Below, one piece after another: positions 1 to 11,200 of a stretch of DNA of 64,000 nt; the first letter of the stretch is position 1, and each line of letters opens with the position of its first letter. This DNA is from a virus. A model generated the notes under the pieces. It worked only from the letters and a program-made list of their open reading frames with translations. It had not been told where the DNA came from and did no database searches. A program made the position numbers and the translations under genes. Location: positions 32,001 through 96,000 of the IMG/VR virus record IMGVR_UViG_3300032229_000759. One strand, written 5' to 3'.

Positions 1-2178
1 ATTGAGAAAAGATATACTGCGGGGTCTGATGCTACTACCCAGAAAGTTTATGATTATTCTAACATCGCAGCAGATACGGTTTTAGATCCTGCATCTTACA
101 TAGGTGTTGGAGTAGGAGCTAAAGCTGTGGCAAATGCTAACAGATTAAATAAAATTAGAAAATACACAGAATCGGCTGCACAAACACAATTTGTGCCATT
201 GGAAGGATTGCAGCAAGCAGCGAATAACTTATATAGGAGATCGAATACTCCATTTACTAATCCCTTATCATTAGCGAGTCAAAATCCTATGCGATTTGTG
301 CCCGAAGCAGAAGCCGCTGCTGCTGCATATAGTACTAGGAATTTGGGAAAGGTGGCTGACGCCACTGTTTCTAGTAGTAAAGCGGCTCCAAAAGCTTCAT
401 CTGCAAATTCGGTTACTCGTGGAGCAGGGGAGCCTAGATCTCTTAAAGAAGCAAATGCGGGTTTTACTAATGATCAGCTTAATGATATTGCGAAAAAATA
501 CGGAGATCGCAGGAAATTTAATATTACAGACAGAGATTCCACTACTAAAGTCTCATCAACAAAAAAATCTAAAGAGATCAGTAATTTCTTAAATAGAGAT
601 ATTAATGAGTTGGTCACCAGCGGAGTTGCAAGAACTGCTTCTGGCATAGCTTCAATAGCTAAAGGAACCAGCAGAGCATCCAAGATTGGTATTGGGGGTC
701 TTTTAAAATTTGGAGCTAGAAATGCTATTCTTGGTGGTTTAACAGCAGGTAGCGCTTTTGGTTATGATTATTTGGGCGGATCAAATCCCTTTTCCGGAGG
801 ATATTCTGCGAGAAATGAAAATGTTAGAAGCAATCAATTAAATGAAAAAAGAAATAAATTACCATATAATAAATATCGTAATCCTAAAAAGAAATATACT
901 GGTGGATTAATATATGCTGCTGAAGGAACGTTAATTCCATACGAACCCAAAGGCACAGACACTGTTCCGGCAATGCTTACTCCTGGCGAATTTGTTATAA
1001 ACAGATCATCTACTCAAAAGCACTTGCCATTATTAAAAGCTATTAATAATAATAGTCTAGCAAACGGAGGAGTAGTATCTCCGATATATGCTCAAGACGG
1101 AATGAGAATAGGTTCTGCTGGTATAGGACCTAGAGAATCTTCTAGTCAAGATAAAGCCTTAACTTTATTGTCTGGTATATTACAAGGTATTAATCAACTT
1201 AATAAAAATCTACCAGCAGAAAAAACAAGATCAGAAGATCCCAAAAGAAGAGTATTAGGATCGTCAGTAGATGAAAACAGACGAGGACTGCCTGGTGAAA
1301 CTCCTATACAACAAGCTTTCAGAGAGGGTCGTAGCGTTAATGAAGTGAGAGGAGATAGAAAATTTGCTGCTGCTGCTGATAGACAAGAAAAGCGAGCAGG
1401 GTATGAAACTCAAAAAGCCATGAAGGCTCAAGCCTATGAAGAAAAACAGATTAGAGGCAGAATAGCATCTGGAAAAGCTAAAGATGGTGACCAGGAGAGA
1501 TTTGACGAGATAAGATTCAACGTTATGCCGGAAGAATCTAAACAAAAACAAATAAGAGATAGTTCTTTTGCTTCCCTGTCTAAAACAGACCAAGAGACAC
1601 TTAAGAATACCAACTCTTCGTATGCTGATAGCAGAACCAGACAGATAGATGAAAGATATTTTCCGGATATATCAAATCCTGCTGGACGAGCTACTGTTCA
1701 ACAAGGAGCAGTAGCCACAGCAACAACCCAAATAGCTTCTCCCGCTGCTGGTATGCCTAATTTTGATCAAATATTTGGACCCTTAACAACAAATGTAACA
1801 CAATTTACTCAAGCATTATCTACTGCAACTCCGTTCCTAAATCAAATAGCAACATTTGCATCTAATACTAATTTTCAAAGTCAGCAAGGCGGTGTATCTA
1901 ACAATAGAGACAATGGTGAAAGTGGCTCATTATCTTTAGACGGTATTAGCCAGTTTACTACAAAGTTTGAAGCATTTATTGGTCAACTTAAGGGACTAAA
2001 CTTACCGCCGGTCATTAATGTACAAGGTAATCATAAGGTTGAAGTGGTATTTAATGGAGCAAGTACTTTAGAAAACTTAACAACAGAATCTATACAGTCT
2101 ATGGTTTTAAGAGAAGTTAATAATGCTATGAACAAACTAAATCAAGATACTGAAGGTGCTTTAGGAGGCAAATCATAA
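1..2178 (+). CDS. Tail tape-measure protein, C-terminal part (5'-truncated by window)
   Basis: Frame is open from base 1. Contains the motif GTDTVPAMLTPGEFVIN typical of tape-measure C-terminal regions; A/G/S-rich; first gene of the tail block. Confidence 0.8.
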   Translation: MEKRYTAGSDATTQKVYDYSNIAADTVLDPASYIGVGVGAKAVANANRLNKIRKYTESAAQTQFVPLEGLQQAANNLYRRSNTPFTNPLSLASQNPMRFVPEAEAAAAAYSTRNLGKVADATVSSSKAAPKASSANSVTRGAGEPRSLKEANAGFTNDQLNDIAKKYGDRRKFNITDRDSTTKVSSTKKSKEISNFLNRDINELVTSGVARTASGIASIAKGTSRASKIGIGGLLKFGARNAILGGLTAGSAFGYDYLGGSNPFSGGYSARNENVRSNQLNEKRNKLPYNKYRNPKKKYTGGLIYAAEGTLIPYEPKGTDTVPAMLTPGEFVINRSSTQKHLPLLKAINNNSLANGGVVSPIYAQDGMRIGSAGIGPRESSSQDKALTLLSGILQGINQLNKNLPAEKTRSEDPKRRVLGSSVDENRRGLPGETPIQQAFREGRSVNEVRGDRKFAAAADRQEKRAGYETQKAMKAQAYEEKQIRGRIASGKAKDGDQERFDEIRFNVMPEESKQKQIRDSSFASLSKTDQETLKNTNSSYADSRTRQIDERYFPDISNPAGRATVQQGAVATATTQIASPAAGMPNFDQIFGPLTTNVTQFTQALSTATPFLNQIATFASNTNFQSQQGGVSNNRDNGESGSLSLDGISQFTTKFEAFIGQLKGLNLPPVINVQGNHKVEVVFNGASTLENLTTESIQSMVLREVNNAMNKLNQDTEGALGGKS

Positions 2179-5100
2179 TGTCAATGTCAGAAAGAATTTC
2201 CGGGGTTTTATATGTTGGTTCTGGTTTAATACCAGATATTACTTTGTCTAACACAACTGGCATTAACACTAGTTTTAACACCAACAAAGCCAATATAGAT
2301 TTTGCTGTTTATGGCACAGGCAATGGGTCTCTTTATTTTGATGCTTCTACAGGCAGACTAGGCGTAGGCACCGGACTACCGGACGCTATATTACACGTAG
2401 TGGCTCCGTGTGCTAAAGATGGACTTATTGTAGAAAGTGTTACTAATTGTCCTACTGGAGTAACTCTTTTACTAGTTCATAACCCACAAACCCCGCCCCA
2501 AACAGGCAGCTATCCTGCTATTATTAATTTAGCTGGTAGAGACACCAACTATCAAGAAATATACTATGGACAAATTATGTCCAAGATATTAGATCCTGTT
2601 ACCGGCTTTACCAGTGGCGAAATGATTTTTACTGTAGATGACAAGGGAGTAAATAAGCCAGTATTCCAAGCCAGTCTATTTAATACCATATTAGGTGGTA
2701 ATTCTACCGGTTCTGGTTTTAATTATACTCTCATAGGTAGCAATATCAAAGCAACCGGACATAACCTCATTAGTATTGGTGTTCAAAATACTGGACTTTA
2801 TACTAGTGGTATTGTTGTAGGTAATTATAATCGTGTTAATGGCGCCCAAACACTAGCTCTAGTTAATTTGTCTAATGTAATTGGTGCTAATAATACTACT
2901 ATCGGTGAGCTACTATATGTTAGTGGTACTCAAAATACTGTTGTGGGTCGTAATGTTGATGTTTCGGGTTCTTCAAATATATTATTGGGCAACAACAACG
3001 ATCTAGTATCTTCTGCTACCGTAGGACTCACACAACTATCGTCTATATCTGGACTATCAGGGATTGTTTTAGGTGTCGGTGCCACAAATGCTGGCCATAA
3101 CAATATTTATATAGGCAACGCTACTACTATTAGTGGTTCTAATAATAGTTTAATAGGATCGTTTGTTTCTCTAACCGGCAACACCAATATTGTTCACGGC
3201 AACAATGAAAATATTATAGGTTCTAAATTAATTTGCGTAGGTTCAGATCAAAATATAATTAATGTTAATAGTGGTTTAATCATAGGTAATAATGTTAACT
3301 TATTAGATTCTTATAATACTATATTAGTTGGCATGGGTAATAATACCAGAGAGGGCCTAGAAGAAAGTATTATTATCGGTATCAATAATAATTTGGCAAG
3401 CGGCACACCAACCAAGTTACTTTTGGTGGGACAAAACAATGTTACTAGAGATATTATTACCTCTTTGATCGTCGGCAACGCGAATAATGCTAGCGGCTCT
3501 ATAACCAACAGCTGTATCATAGGAGATACCAATGCTGTTCCACCCACTAGTAATAATAACTTAGTTTTAGGAGTTCTTAATAACCAAACAGGAGTTTATG
3601 TAGATTCTGTTGGGTCTATAAGTGGAACACCTCGTCGCACCACTGGTTCTATTAATAATTCTATATCTGCTGGTATTAATAATGTTATATATGGTGGTAA
3701 TACTGATACAATAGTAGGTAACAAAAATGCTATTTCTGGTTCTAATGTTAATATTATTGGATCGTATAATAATGTTAAAAATGCGTCTAATTCTTATGGT
3801 ATAGGTAATTCTAACTTTTTAATCGGAGATAGAATCGGTACTGTTGGTAGTAAAACCACAGTCATTGGAAGAGAATCTGTAGTTTTCAATACAGCAGATA
3901 AAAAAGTAGATGTTTTTGGTAGTGGTAATATTGTTATTGGTTATAATCAAGTGGTGTCTAGCGGCATAGCTATTGGTACATCCAATAGATTAGACGGAGT
4001 TAATAATATAGTATATGGACGTAATAATGCTTTGGGTTCTACTCGTAATCAATTTTATACCACAGACAATACCGGCGCTAATATTATTATTCCTAGTATC
4101 GGAATATTAAATAAATATATAGAAGGAGATCAGATTCTCGTTTGCTTACAGAATCCTCCGTCATTAGCAAATACTTTTGTCAGAGAAATATCAAACGTGG
4201 TAGAAAATACTATAGATAATACTACCACTATTACTGTTACTATACCTATGGCTATAGACTCATCCAACGGGTTCTATAGTATCAATAATACTTTCGACGA
4301 TAATAACCAGCCGATTACTACTGTTAGCGGATTAGTTATGCCATATCAAAGCCAGGGTGGCGCTGGCGGCGTTGAAACAGACCCCGTTTACGGTTCGCAC
4401 AACACCATTATAGGCAACAACAATTCTTATCTATTTAGTAGTGGTGTCATTATAGGAAATAATAATACTATATCTGGAGTTAAGAATTTAGTGCTTGGTT
4501 ACAATATCACAGGTATAGCCGACCACACTGTTTATATTGGTTCAAGCAATGACAATAAGATCATACTAAATGATTCTGCTCTAATAATTAATTCTGGACA
4601 AGCACAAAATAATTTTATTGTCAAGTCTTCTAATAATAATGTTTCAATTATTAATGCCACACTAAATAATAATAGAGTCGGCATCAACACAGACAGCCCC
4701 ACTTCTGCACTATCAGTGAGTGGTTTAATAACCACTAGCGGATTTAGAATGGGTTTTGCCGCACCAGATCAATATGTTTTAGCAACAGATATTAATGGTG
4801 TGGGATCTTGGCAGTTGCCTGTAAGAATTTCTGGAGCAGACGGAGGCTTATTATATAGAGTTAATGATAAAGTAGCCAGCGGTTTAAATAATGTTATTTA
4901 TACTCCGTCTACTAATCAGATTAATTTTAATTTAGGCGGTAATAATGGTTTTTATATTACATCTAGTGGTTTATTTGTTAATGATGATGCTTCGAACTAT
5001 AGATTCAGAATTAGAGGTAGTGGCGGCGTAGATTTTGCTCGCACATTATTTGATACAAACTTTAGTCAAAACAGATTAGACATCTTTAATATCGCTGGTA

Positions 5101-6545
5101 ATTCTGGTAATTTTTCTGGATTAACCGTTTCGAATTTTGTTAATCTACCAACAGGATTAACTGGCACATACTTGTTTGTAAATAACAGTGGTAGACTTAG
5201 TACAGCGGTTACTCCGGCTAATAGTATTTTGTTTGCTAATGAAGGATTATCAACAACCGGTAATACTAGTTTAAGGTGGGTTAACTCTCAAAGAGTTATG
5301 GCCATGGGTGCGACAGGTATTGTTTCCTATGATTCTTTATCTACGTCAACATTTGATGCATTATATAATATTATTTTAAGCTCTAATCCACAAATAGATA
5401 CAACATTTAATAATCTTGGTTTGGGTGGAAGATTTTCTGTGTTACGATCTGGCACATCACCCGCTGCTACTCGCGCAGGTTTTCATATATTACCAACAGG
5501 TTCTGTTGCTGTTAACGCAGAATTAAATGATGCACTAAGCAGAAATACCAATGGAGTAGCTCTATATGTAAATGGCAGATCATGGTCTAGAAGCTTAAGA
5601 ATCGGAGACGGAGCGGGTTCTGTTGCATCTGGTTTATATCTTAGAACAGATGGGGATGGTAATTTAATTCCTAGTCTTTTGGATATCAAAACCCAGATGA
5701 GTGGTTACTCTAGTGATGACGTTGGCTTCCCCAGTTATCCTATTAACGTATATTCTACCCCGCAGGGCGGCTCCAATTTCTTGGTAGACATTTCTTTTAC
5801 AAAAAGAAAAAGCGATGGCACAGACTTAAGTACGCTAGATGATGGTACTTATGTTGTGTGGGACGGAGATTCATGGAACAGTTCTAGATTCTTAAAGGCT
5901 TATCAATCCACTAGAACTGCTAATGATTTACAAACATCTAAAGGTATAGAGTTTGGTTACAAGTCTTTATGTACAAGGACTAACCATAATCATACATATG
6001 CCGCAGGCTCATTTAAGCCCACAGACGATTTTTATGATGGTTCTTCACAATATGCTAGGTACTATTTGAGAACACGCACTACAGACGGATCTCAAATTAG
6101 GCCATTGGTAACCAATTGGTCTAAGGATTCTATAAATGTTGTAGAAACATCAAATAATTGTATTAATTTAGGTAATTTTTCAGATTTTACTAATACTGAA
6201 TATGATAGAGTATGGACTTATAGAATTGAAGCTTCGGTTCTATGGCAAGCCGGTTCTACTCAAACGCCTAATCCTAACGCTACCAGAAATGGAGGAGGAT
6301 TTGTTATCGAAGGTTCTTTGATAAGAACAGCAAGTGGTATTAAATTTACTAAACTTGGTACAGAAACTCTTAGATATTATGGTGAGGCTATGCCGAATGG
6401 TATGGGAATGGGTACGGCGATAAATACTACAGACTCTCCAAGATTAACTATTCAGGCTAGTGGCGCAGTCGGATATACAGCCCTTTGGTCTGCTACAGCT
6501 TTTGTTACTCAAATTAATCATCCGGGCGGAGCTACATTATATTAA
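2178..6545 (+). CDS. Tail fibre/spike-like virion protein with beta-helix repeats
   Basis: 1455 aa with many (I/V)GxNN repeats and fibre motifs RLGVGTGLPDAILHV and RVGINTDSPTSALSV; TAATG-coupled to the tape measure. Confidence 0.65.
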   Translation: MSMSERISGVLYVGSGLIPDITLSNTTGINTSFNTNKANIDFAVYGTGNGSLYFDASTGRLGVGTGLPDAILHVVAPCAKDGLIVESVTNCPTGVTLLLVHNPQTPPQTGSYPAIINLAGRDTNYQEIYYGQIMSKILDPVTGFTSGEMIFTVDDKGVNKPVFQASLFNTILGGNSTGSGFNYTLIGSNIKATGHNLISIGVQNTGLYTSGIVVGNYNRVNGAQTLALVNLSNVIGANNTTIGELLYVSGTQNTVVGRNVDVSGSSNILLGNNNDLVSSATVGLTQLSSISGLSGIVLGVGATNAGHNNIYIGNATTISGSNNSLIGSFVSLTGNTNIVHGNNENIIGSKLICVGSDQNIINVNSGLIIGNNVNLLDSYNTILVGMGNNTREGLEESIIIGINNNLASGTPTKLLLVGQNNVTRDIITSLIVGNANNASGSITNSCIIGDTNAVPPTSNNNLVLGVLNNQTGVYVDSVGSISGTPRRTTGSINNSISAGINNVIYGGNTDTIVGNKNAISGSNVNIIGSYNNVKNASNSYGIGNSNFLIGDRIGTVGSKTTVIGRESVVFNTADKKVDVFGSGNIVIGYNQVVSSGIAIGTSNRLDGVNNIVYGRNNALGSTRNQFYTTDNTGANIIIPSIGILNKYIEGDQILVCLQNPPSLANTFVREISNVVENTIDNTTTITVTIPMAIDSSNGFYSINNTFDDNNQPITTVSGLVMPYQSQGGAGGVETDPVYGSHNTIIGNNNSYLFSSGVIIGNNNTISGVKNLVLGYNITGIADHTVYIGSSNDNKIILNDSALIINSGQAQNNFIVKSSNNNVSIINATLNNNRVGINTDSPTSALSVSGLITTSGFRMGFAAPDQYVLATDINGVGSWQLPVRISGADGGLLYRVNDKVASGLNNVIYTPSTNQINFNLGGNNGFYITSSGLFVNDDASNYRFRIRGSGGVDFARTLFDTNFSQNRLDIFNIAGNSGNFSGLTVSNFVNLPTGLTGTYLFVNNSGRLSTAVTPANSILFANEGLSTTGNTSLRWVNSQRVMAMGATGIVSYDSLSTSTFDALYNIILSSNPQIDTTFNNLGLGGRFSVLRSGTSPAATRAGFHILPTGSVAVNAELNDALSRNTNGVALYVNGRSWSRSLRIGDGAGSVASGLYLRTDGDGNLIPSLLDIKTQMSGYSSDDVGFPSYPINVYSTPQGGSNFLVDISFTKRKSDGTDLSTLDDGTYVVWDGDSWNSSRFLKAYQSTRTANDLQTSKGIEFGYKSLCTRTNHNHTYAAGSFKPTDDFYDGSSQYARYYLRTRTTDGSQIRPLVTNWSKDSINVVETSNNCINLGNFSDFTNTEYDRVWTYRIEASVLWQAGSTQTPNPNATRNGGGFVIEGSLIRTASGIKFTKLGTETLRYYGEAMPNGMGMGTAINTTDSPRLTIQASGAVGYTALWSATAFVTQINHPGGATLY

Positions 6546-6579
6546 GTTTTTAGAATATAGGATAATTTAGGATAAACAT

Positions 6580-8232
6580 ATGTCTACAGATACTTCGCCA
6601 GTAATAATGAAATACGGAGATTTTCAATTTTCCGCGAAAAGCGGATATCCCGTTCCTATGATATCTATTGGTCAAGACTATCAAAGAGATGGCGCTGGTA
6701 GGTGTGTTGGAGCCACGGTTAATATTACATTAGAGGGACAGATTTTTGCTAGTGGAGCTAGTGGGCTAGCATATTTATTAACTAAAGAAAGTGGTCTGAG
6801 AGATGCTTTTACCTACGATGGTAGAACTTTTAGTTTTGGATGTAATACTGATAACTATAAATATAGTGGCATTAAAATTAATAGATATAGTGCTAATAAA
6901 AGTTCCAATAATTGGATGTCCACTATAGATTATAGTATAGAACTAGTTTCAGAAGTAGCAAATACGGGATCTGGTATCTTTTATGTTACTAGTACTCAAG
7001 ACGATTGGACACTAGAAGTTTTAGACGAAAATAGTTATGCTCAGGGAGCTTTTAATTTATCATTACTAAATAGTAATAGAGTAATGCCGTTTGATCAAGG
7101 TAAAGAATATCCTTTTTATAGAATTACTAGAACTTTAGGCGCCATTGGTAAATATACTTTTTTACCTTCTGATAATAAGCCTACACCACCTACCGGTGGT
7201 ACTACAGCAATATCCAGAGCTAAAGAATGGGTTAATTATCAACTATCATCTTATCCCACATTTACTGGTATTATTAATGATACTAATATTAAATTATTTA
7301 ATTTTGCTAGAAATATTAATGCTAGTGAAGTTGCTGGCTCTTATAGTATTACAGATAGTTGGATAGGTATCCCAACCTCTGCTAATAACAATCCATATAT
7401 AGATGCTTTTACAGTAGAGAGTGTTTTGGATAGCAATCTAATACGCACAGTCACCATTAATGGTACAATTCAGGGATTAGAGCCTTTTAATAGTGGATTA
7501 GTTTATGATAAAACACAAGCTAAATATTTAGATTCTGAAACCAATAACAGAAATCTTAGAGATACTATCGATACCACCATAAAGTCTAATTTTCATGTGC
7601 CACAATCTTACTTGGGTACTAAATTTTATCACGCTATGAGCGGATATAGTGGAATTAAAAGTCAAGTTTATAATAGAGCTAGATCAGTATTTTTTACCGG
7701 TTCAACATATGGAGATTTTAGTTGGAGCGCTTCATTTGCTCCTTTTAAACCACAAGAAAATGGGTTGCATCCTATACCCATTTCTATTACTGAAGGATTT
7801 GATCCGGCCAAAGGCACCGTAACATACAGTTGGAGCTTTAATAATAGAACACAAAATATTATCAGTAATTCTTTAAGTGAAAGTTTAACTATTGATGATC
7901 AAGGAGCCACCCCTAATATTGCTTCTATTTTCGTGTTGGGTCGTTCTTTAGGTCCTATTCTACAAGACTTAGGCACATACACATCTTCCAGCAGAAGTGT
8001 AACTTTTGAAGTTGTATTACCCAGACCCTCTAGCTTAAGAAATATTCAATTTCCTGCTAATCAATATACCGAAATTAATAATGTTGTGGATTCTTGTAAA
8101 CCAGAACAATTAGTATATAATACTAATGCGCAGGGTATACGATCTTATGTAAAAAGTGATACCACTAACTGGAACCCATCCGAAGGAAGATTAGTAAGAT
8201 CTAAAACCTGGGAATGGGTAAGATGTTTCTAA
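6580..8232 (+). CDS. Putative virion tail protein (distal-tail-like)
   Basis: 550 aa, beta-rich, inside the tail block after the tape measure; AGGA Shine-Dalgarno upstream. Confidence 0.5.
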   Translation: MSTDTSPVIMKYGDFQFSAKSGYPVPMISIGQDYQRDGAGRCVGATVNITLEGQIFASGASGLAYLLTKESGLRDAFTYDGRTFSFGCNTDNYKYSGIKINRYSANKSSNNWMSTIDYSIELVSEVANTGSGIFYVTSTQDDWTLEVLDENSYAQGAFNLSLLNSNRVMPFDQGKEYPFYRITRTLGAIGKYTFLPSDNKPTPPTGGTTAISRAKEWVNYQLSSYPTFTGIINDTNIKLFNFARNINASEVAGSYSITDSWIGIPTSANNNPYIDAFTVESVLDSNLIRTVTINGTIQGLEPFNSGLVYDKTQAKYLDSETNNRNLRDTIDTTIKSNFHVPQSYLGTKFYHAMSGYSGIKSQVYNRARSVFFTGSTYGDFSWSASFAPFKPQENGLHPIPISITEGFDPAKGTVTYSWSFNNRTQNIISNSLSESLTIDDQGATPNIASIFVLGRSLGPILQDLGTYTSSSRSVTFEVVLPRPSSLRNIQFPANQYTEINNVVDSCKPEQLVYNTNAQGIRSYVKSDTTNWNPSEGRLVRSKTWEWVRCF

Positions 8233-8242
8233 AGGAATTATT

Positions 8243-11200
8243 ATGCCTTCAATTAAAACTTGCGGTGGCTCATTTATAGAAGTAGGCCCATACGAACAAA
8301 CGCTCTTTTTAGGGTGTAGTGTTACTAGCTTTAATATGAACTTGGGTTGGGGCGCAGATGCTAGTAATATTACAGTAAACTTAACACAAGATTCGTGTCA
8401 TCATCCGGTTTCTCAAAGATCCGGACCCCTAAGAACTTTAGCCACTAGCAAAGATAGTTTACCAGCAAATGCTCCATCCACAGCGTTAAATAATGTTAAT
8501 GGTATTTCTGATGATGCTAGTAAAAATTTACATAGACCAGTTATAAAAAATGTTTTAAATCAATTTGCAGAAGATAGTCCGGGTAAAGTATATTGGACAC
8601 TTAATGGAAAAGGCTATTGGGCCGGTCCAGATCCGGGGTTTGTAGGCAAATACTACGATATCATAGGGGCCCCTGCTTATTTTAAGTTTATGGACGGCAT
8701 AGAGTTTGGTGGAGTTATTGCGGATTGGAAAGTTAATAATTCTTTACAGTATGAAGTAAATATAAAAAGCTATGCAAGCTTATTGGGCGGATGTCAATTA
8801 ATTATAGACAATTATATTGGTTCTATATCTACTATTATCAACGATAATATTGCTGTACCAAGCTTAACTTTAGGAGATTTTAGCGGTTCTGTCAAAAGGG
8901 GTAATGTGCCCAATGTTTTTAATATATATGGATATTTAGAATCTTATGGTTTCGGCACAGCGGGTAAAACCGACGGAGGAGTATCTGCTTTACAAATATA
9001 TAGAGCCTTACAAGACTTAACAAACGGTACTCAAGGACCATACTCTCCTTATGGAGCTATTGTAGCTAAACATTTAACAACTTTAGAGGGTGGCTTTGTT
9101 AATGTCTCATCTACTAATATGACAGTTGATGGCTTAAGTATTAGTTTGGCAAACTTGGGTCTGTCCCCAAATATCCCTGCAATAGATGGTATATCTAGAA
9201 CTTTACTTAAATTAGATATTAGCGAAGTACCTGTTCCGCCCAATGATTTATATATTTCTAGTTCTTATATTAGTATTTTAGATTTTATTTCCCGTATTTG
9301 TAGTGGAGCAGGTTTTGATTTTTATGTTAGTTTCGAAAAAGATCTGTCTGGAAATTTTTCCGGTATACTAAAAATTAAGACAGTTAGTCGAAGGGTACAG
9401 CCTAAAAAAGATATTATTAGAAATATTATTAATCAAGCTGTGACCCAAGGACAAAAGATAGTTTCTTACAACTACGGACAAGAATTTAATGATCAAGAAA
9501 CAAGATCTATGTATATTGGAGGACCACAAAAAAGATTATTACAAGTGCTGTCCACACATTTGTCTAATAAACAATCTAGTTTAGTATTCGACCCATATGC
9601 TAAAGATGGTGGTGGAGCGTTTATTAATTATGATTTTTCTGATGGACAGCATAACTATATTAGAGTGCCAGATGAAGGCAACTATAGAATGAATCAATAT
9701 TCTACTGATGGTGGTGCCGCTGTCGGTCAAAATAATACTATTGATAATTTTAATCAATCAGATTCTTTGGGTAATTCTTTAACTATTGCTAAAGGCAATT
9801 ATTATCCTTCTGAGCAGGTGGTTACTCAAGACAATACTACGTCTCAAAATCCTCTTTTAAGAAACACAAATAGCTATCCGTTATATTTAGATTTAATATC
9901 TCCATTTTTTGGCACTCACGGAGACAATAGTGGTCAGAGCGAATCGTCTAATAGCGTATCATATCAAGAACCACGCAAGGTCTTTCTTGACACAAAAATG
10001 GGGCAACTACAAGTAGCATTTCGCACCAACGATATTACTACAATATTATCTAAACCATATTTTTCTAATGGTGAATTTGTAGTATTAGAAAATGAATTAA
10101 GGGCTGCTGGTTCAGGTTTCGAATCTTGGTTTACTTATTGTTTTGATAATATATTTTCTACTGATATTGCGGATTTGCTATATGCCTCTTTTAGAAATAA
10201 TTATCCTAAATTTGCTAATAAGAATAAATTTTTAGCTGGTCTTAGTATTATTAATTGGAATTCTATATCAAAATCCAGTGCTGTTCAAGCTAACGATCCA
10301 CGACCATATGCTATCAACATAGACAATGCCCAGCCATATGTTAAATTTTTATATAACGACTTACAAAAGGTGCATGCATTTTTTCAAAAAATAGCACAAG
10401 AGCATTATGGTAAACAGTACATGGTTCGTACCCCCCGTATGCAATGGTATAGAGACGGCGATTTAAAAGTATCTTTTGGTAATTTTGCCTACCCCGGTTC
10501 CGGGAAAATATTTACCGATTGGGAAATATCTCCAGACGGAGCATGGGAAGAACCGGGCAATGTTATAGATGATACTATGGTTGTTGGTTCTACACAAGCA
10601 GATTTATTTTGTGGCGACGACGGTAAAATTCAACCAATTTTAGGATTCAATGCTAATGGAGAACTAGGAAGCAGAGACTTATGGATAACAACTAATTTAA
10701 GCAATCTTAATAATCCTCATTTAATTGGAAGTTTAAGGCTTGTACAAACTCAAAGTGCTGTAACTGCCAATAATAATTTAGAGCCATTCTTTTACTTTCC
10801 TCTAGAGCATAATTTAGATCCTGATAGCTATCTTTATATTAAATATACAAGTCCTCTTAAAAGCTTGGGGGGACTCGGTAACACCGACTCCTCTATGTTA
10901 AATTTAAAAACTGCACACGGAACATCTATACCAGATTCTTGGCATTATAAAATGTATGTAAAGTCTACTGCTAATGATAAAATTTTGTATTTAGATGGAC
11001 AACCACGAGCCGTAATTTCTACTCCATCGCCAATTTTGGTAGGAGGCGGGAAAAATGACACAGAAGATTCGTTATTCTTTTGTTGCTTGCATGACGCTAT
11101 TTGCATACTAAACAATGGGTCCACTATGCCTAGAGGAGCGTCAACTTCTGGCCCTAGATTGAAAAATTCTTTAAATAATTTATCTACTATTTTATTTAGC

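Noticed and set aside
6558-6575. Direct repeat TAGGATAA x2 in an intergenic gap
   Set aside because: Short, AT-rich and overlapping the AGGA Shine-Dalgarno; not seen as a pair elsewhere.
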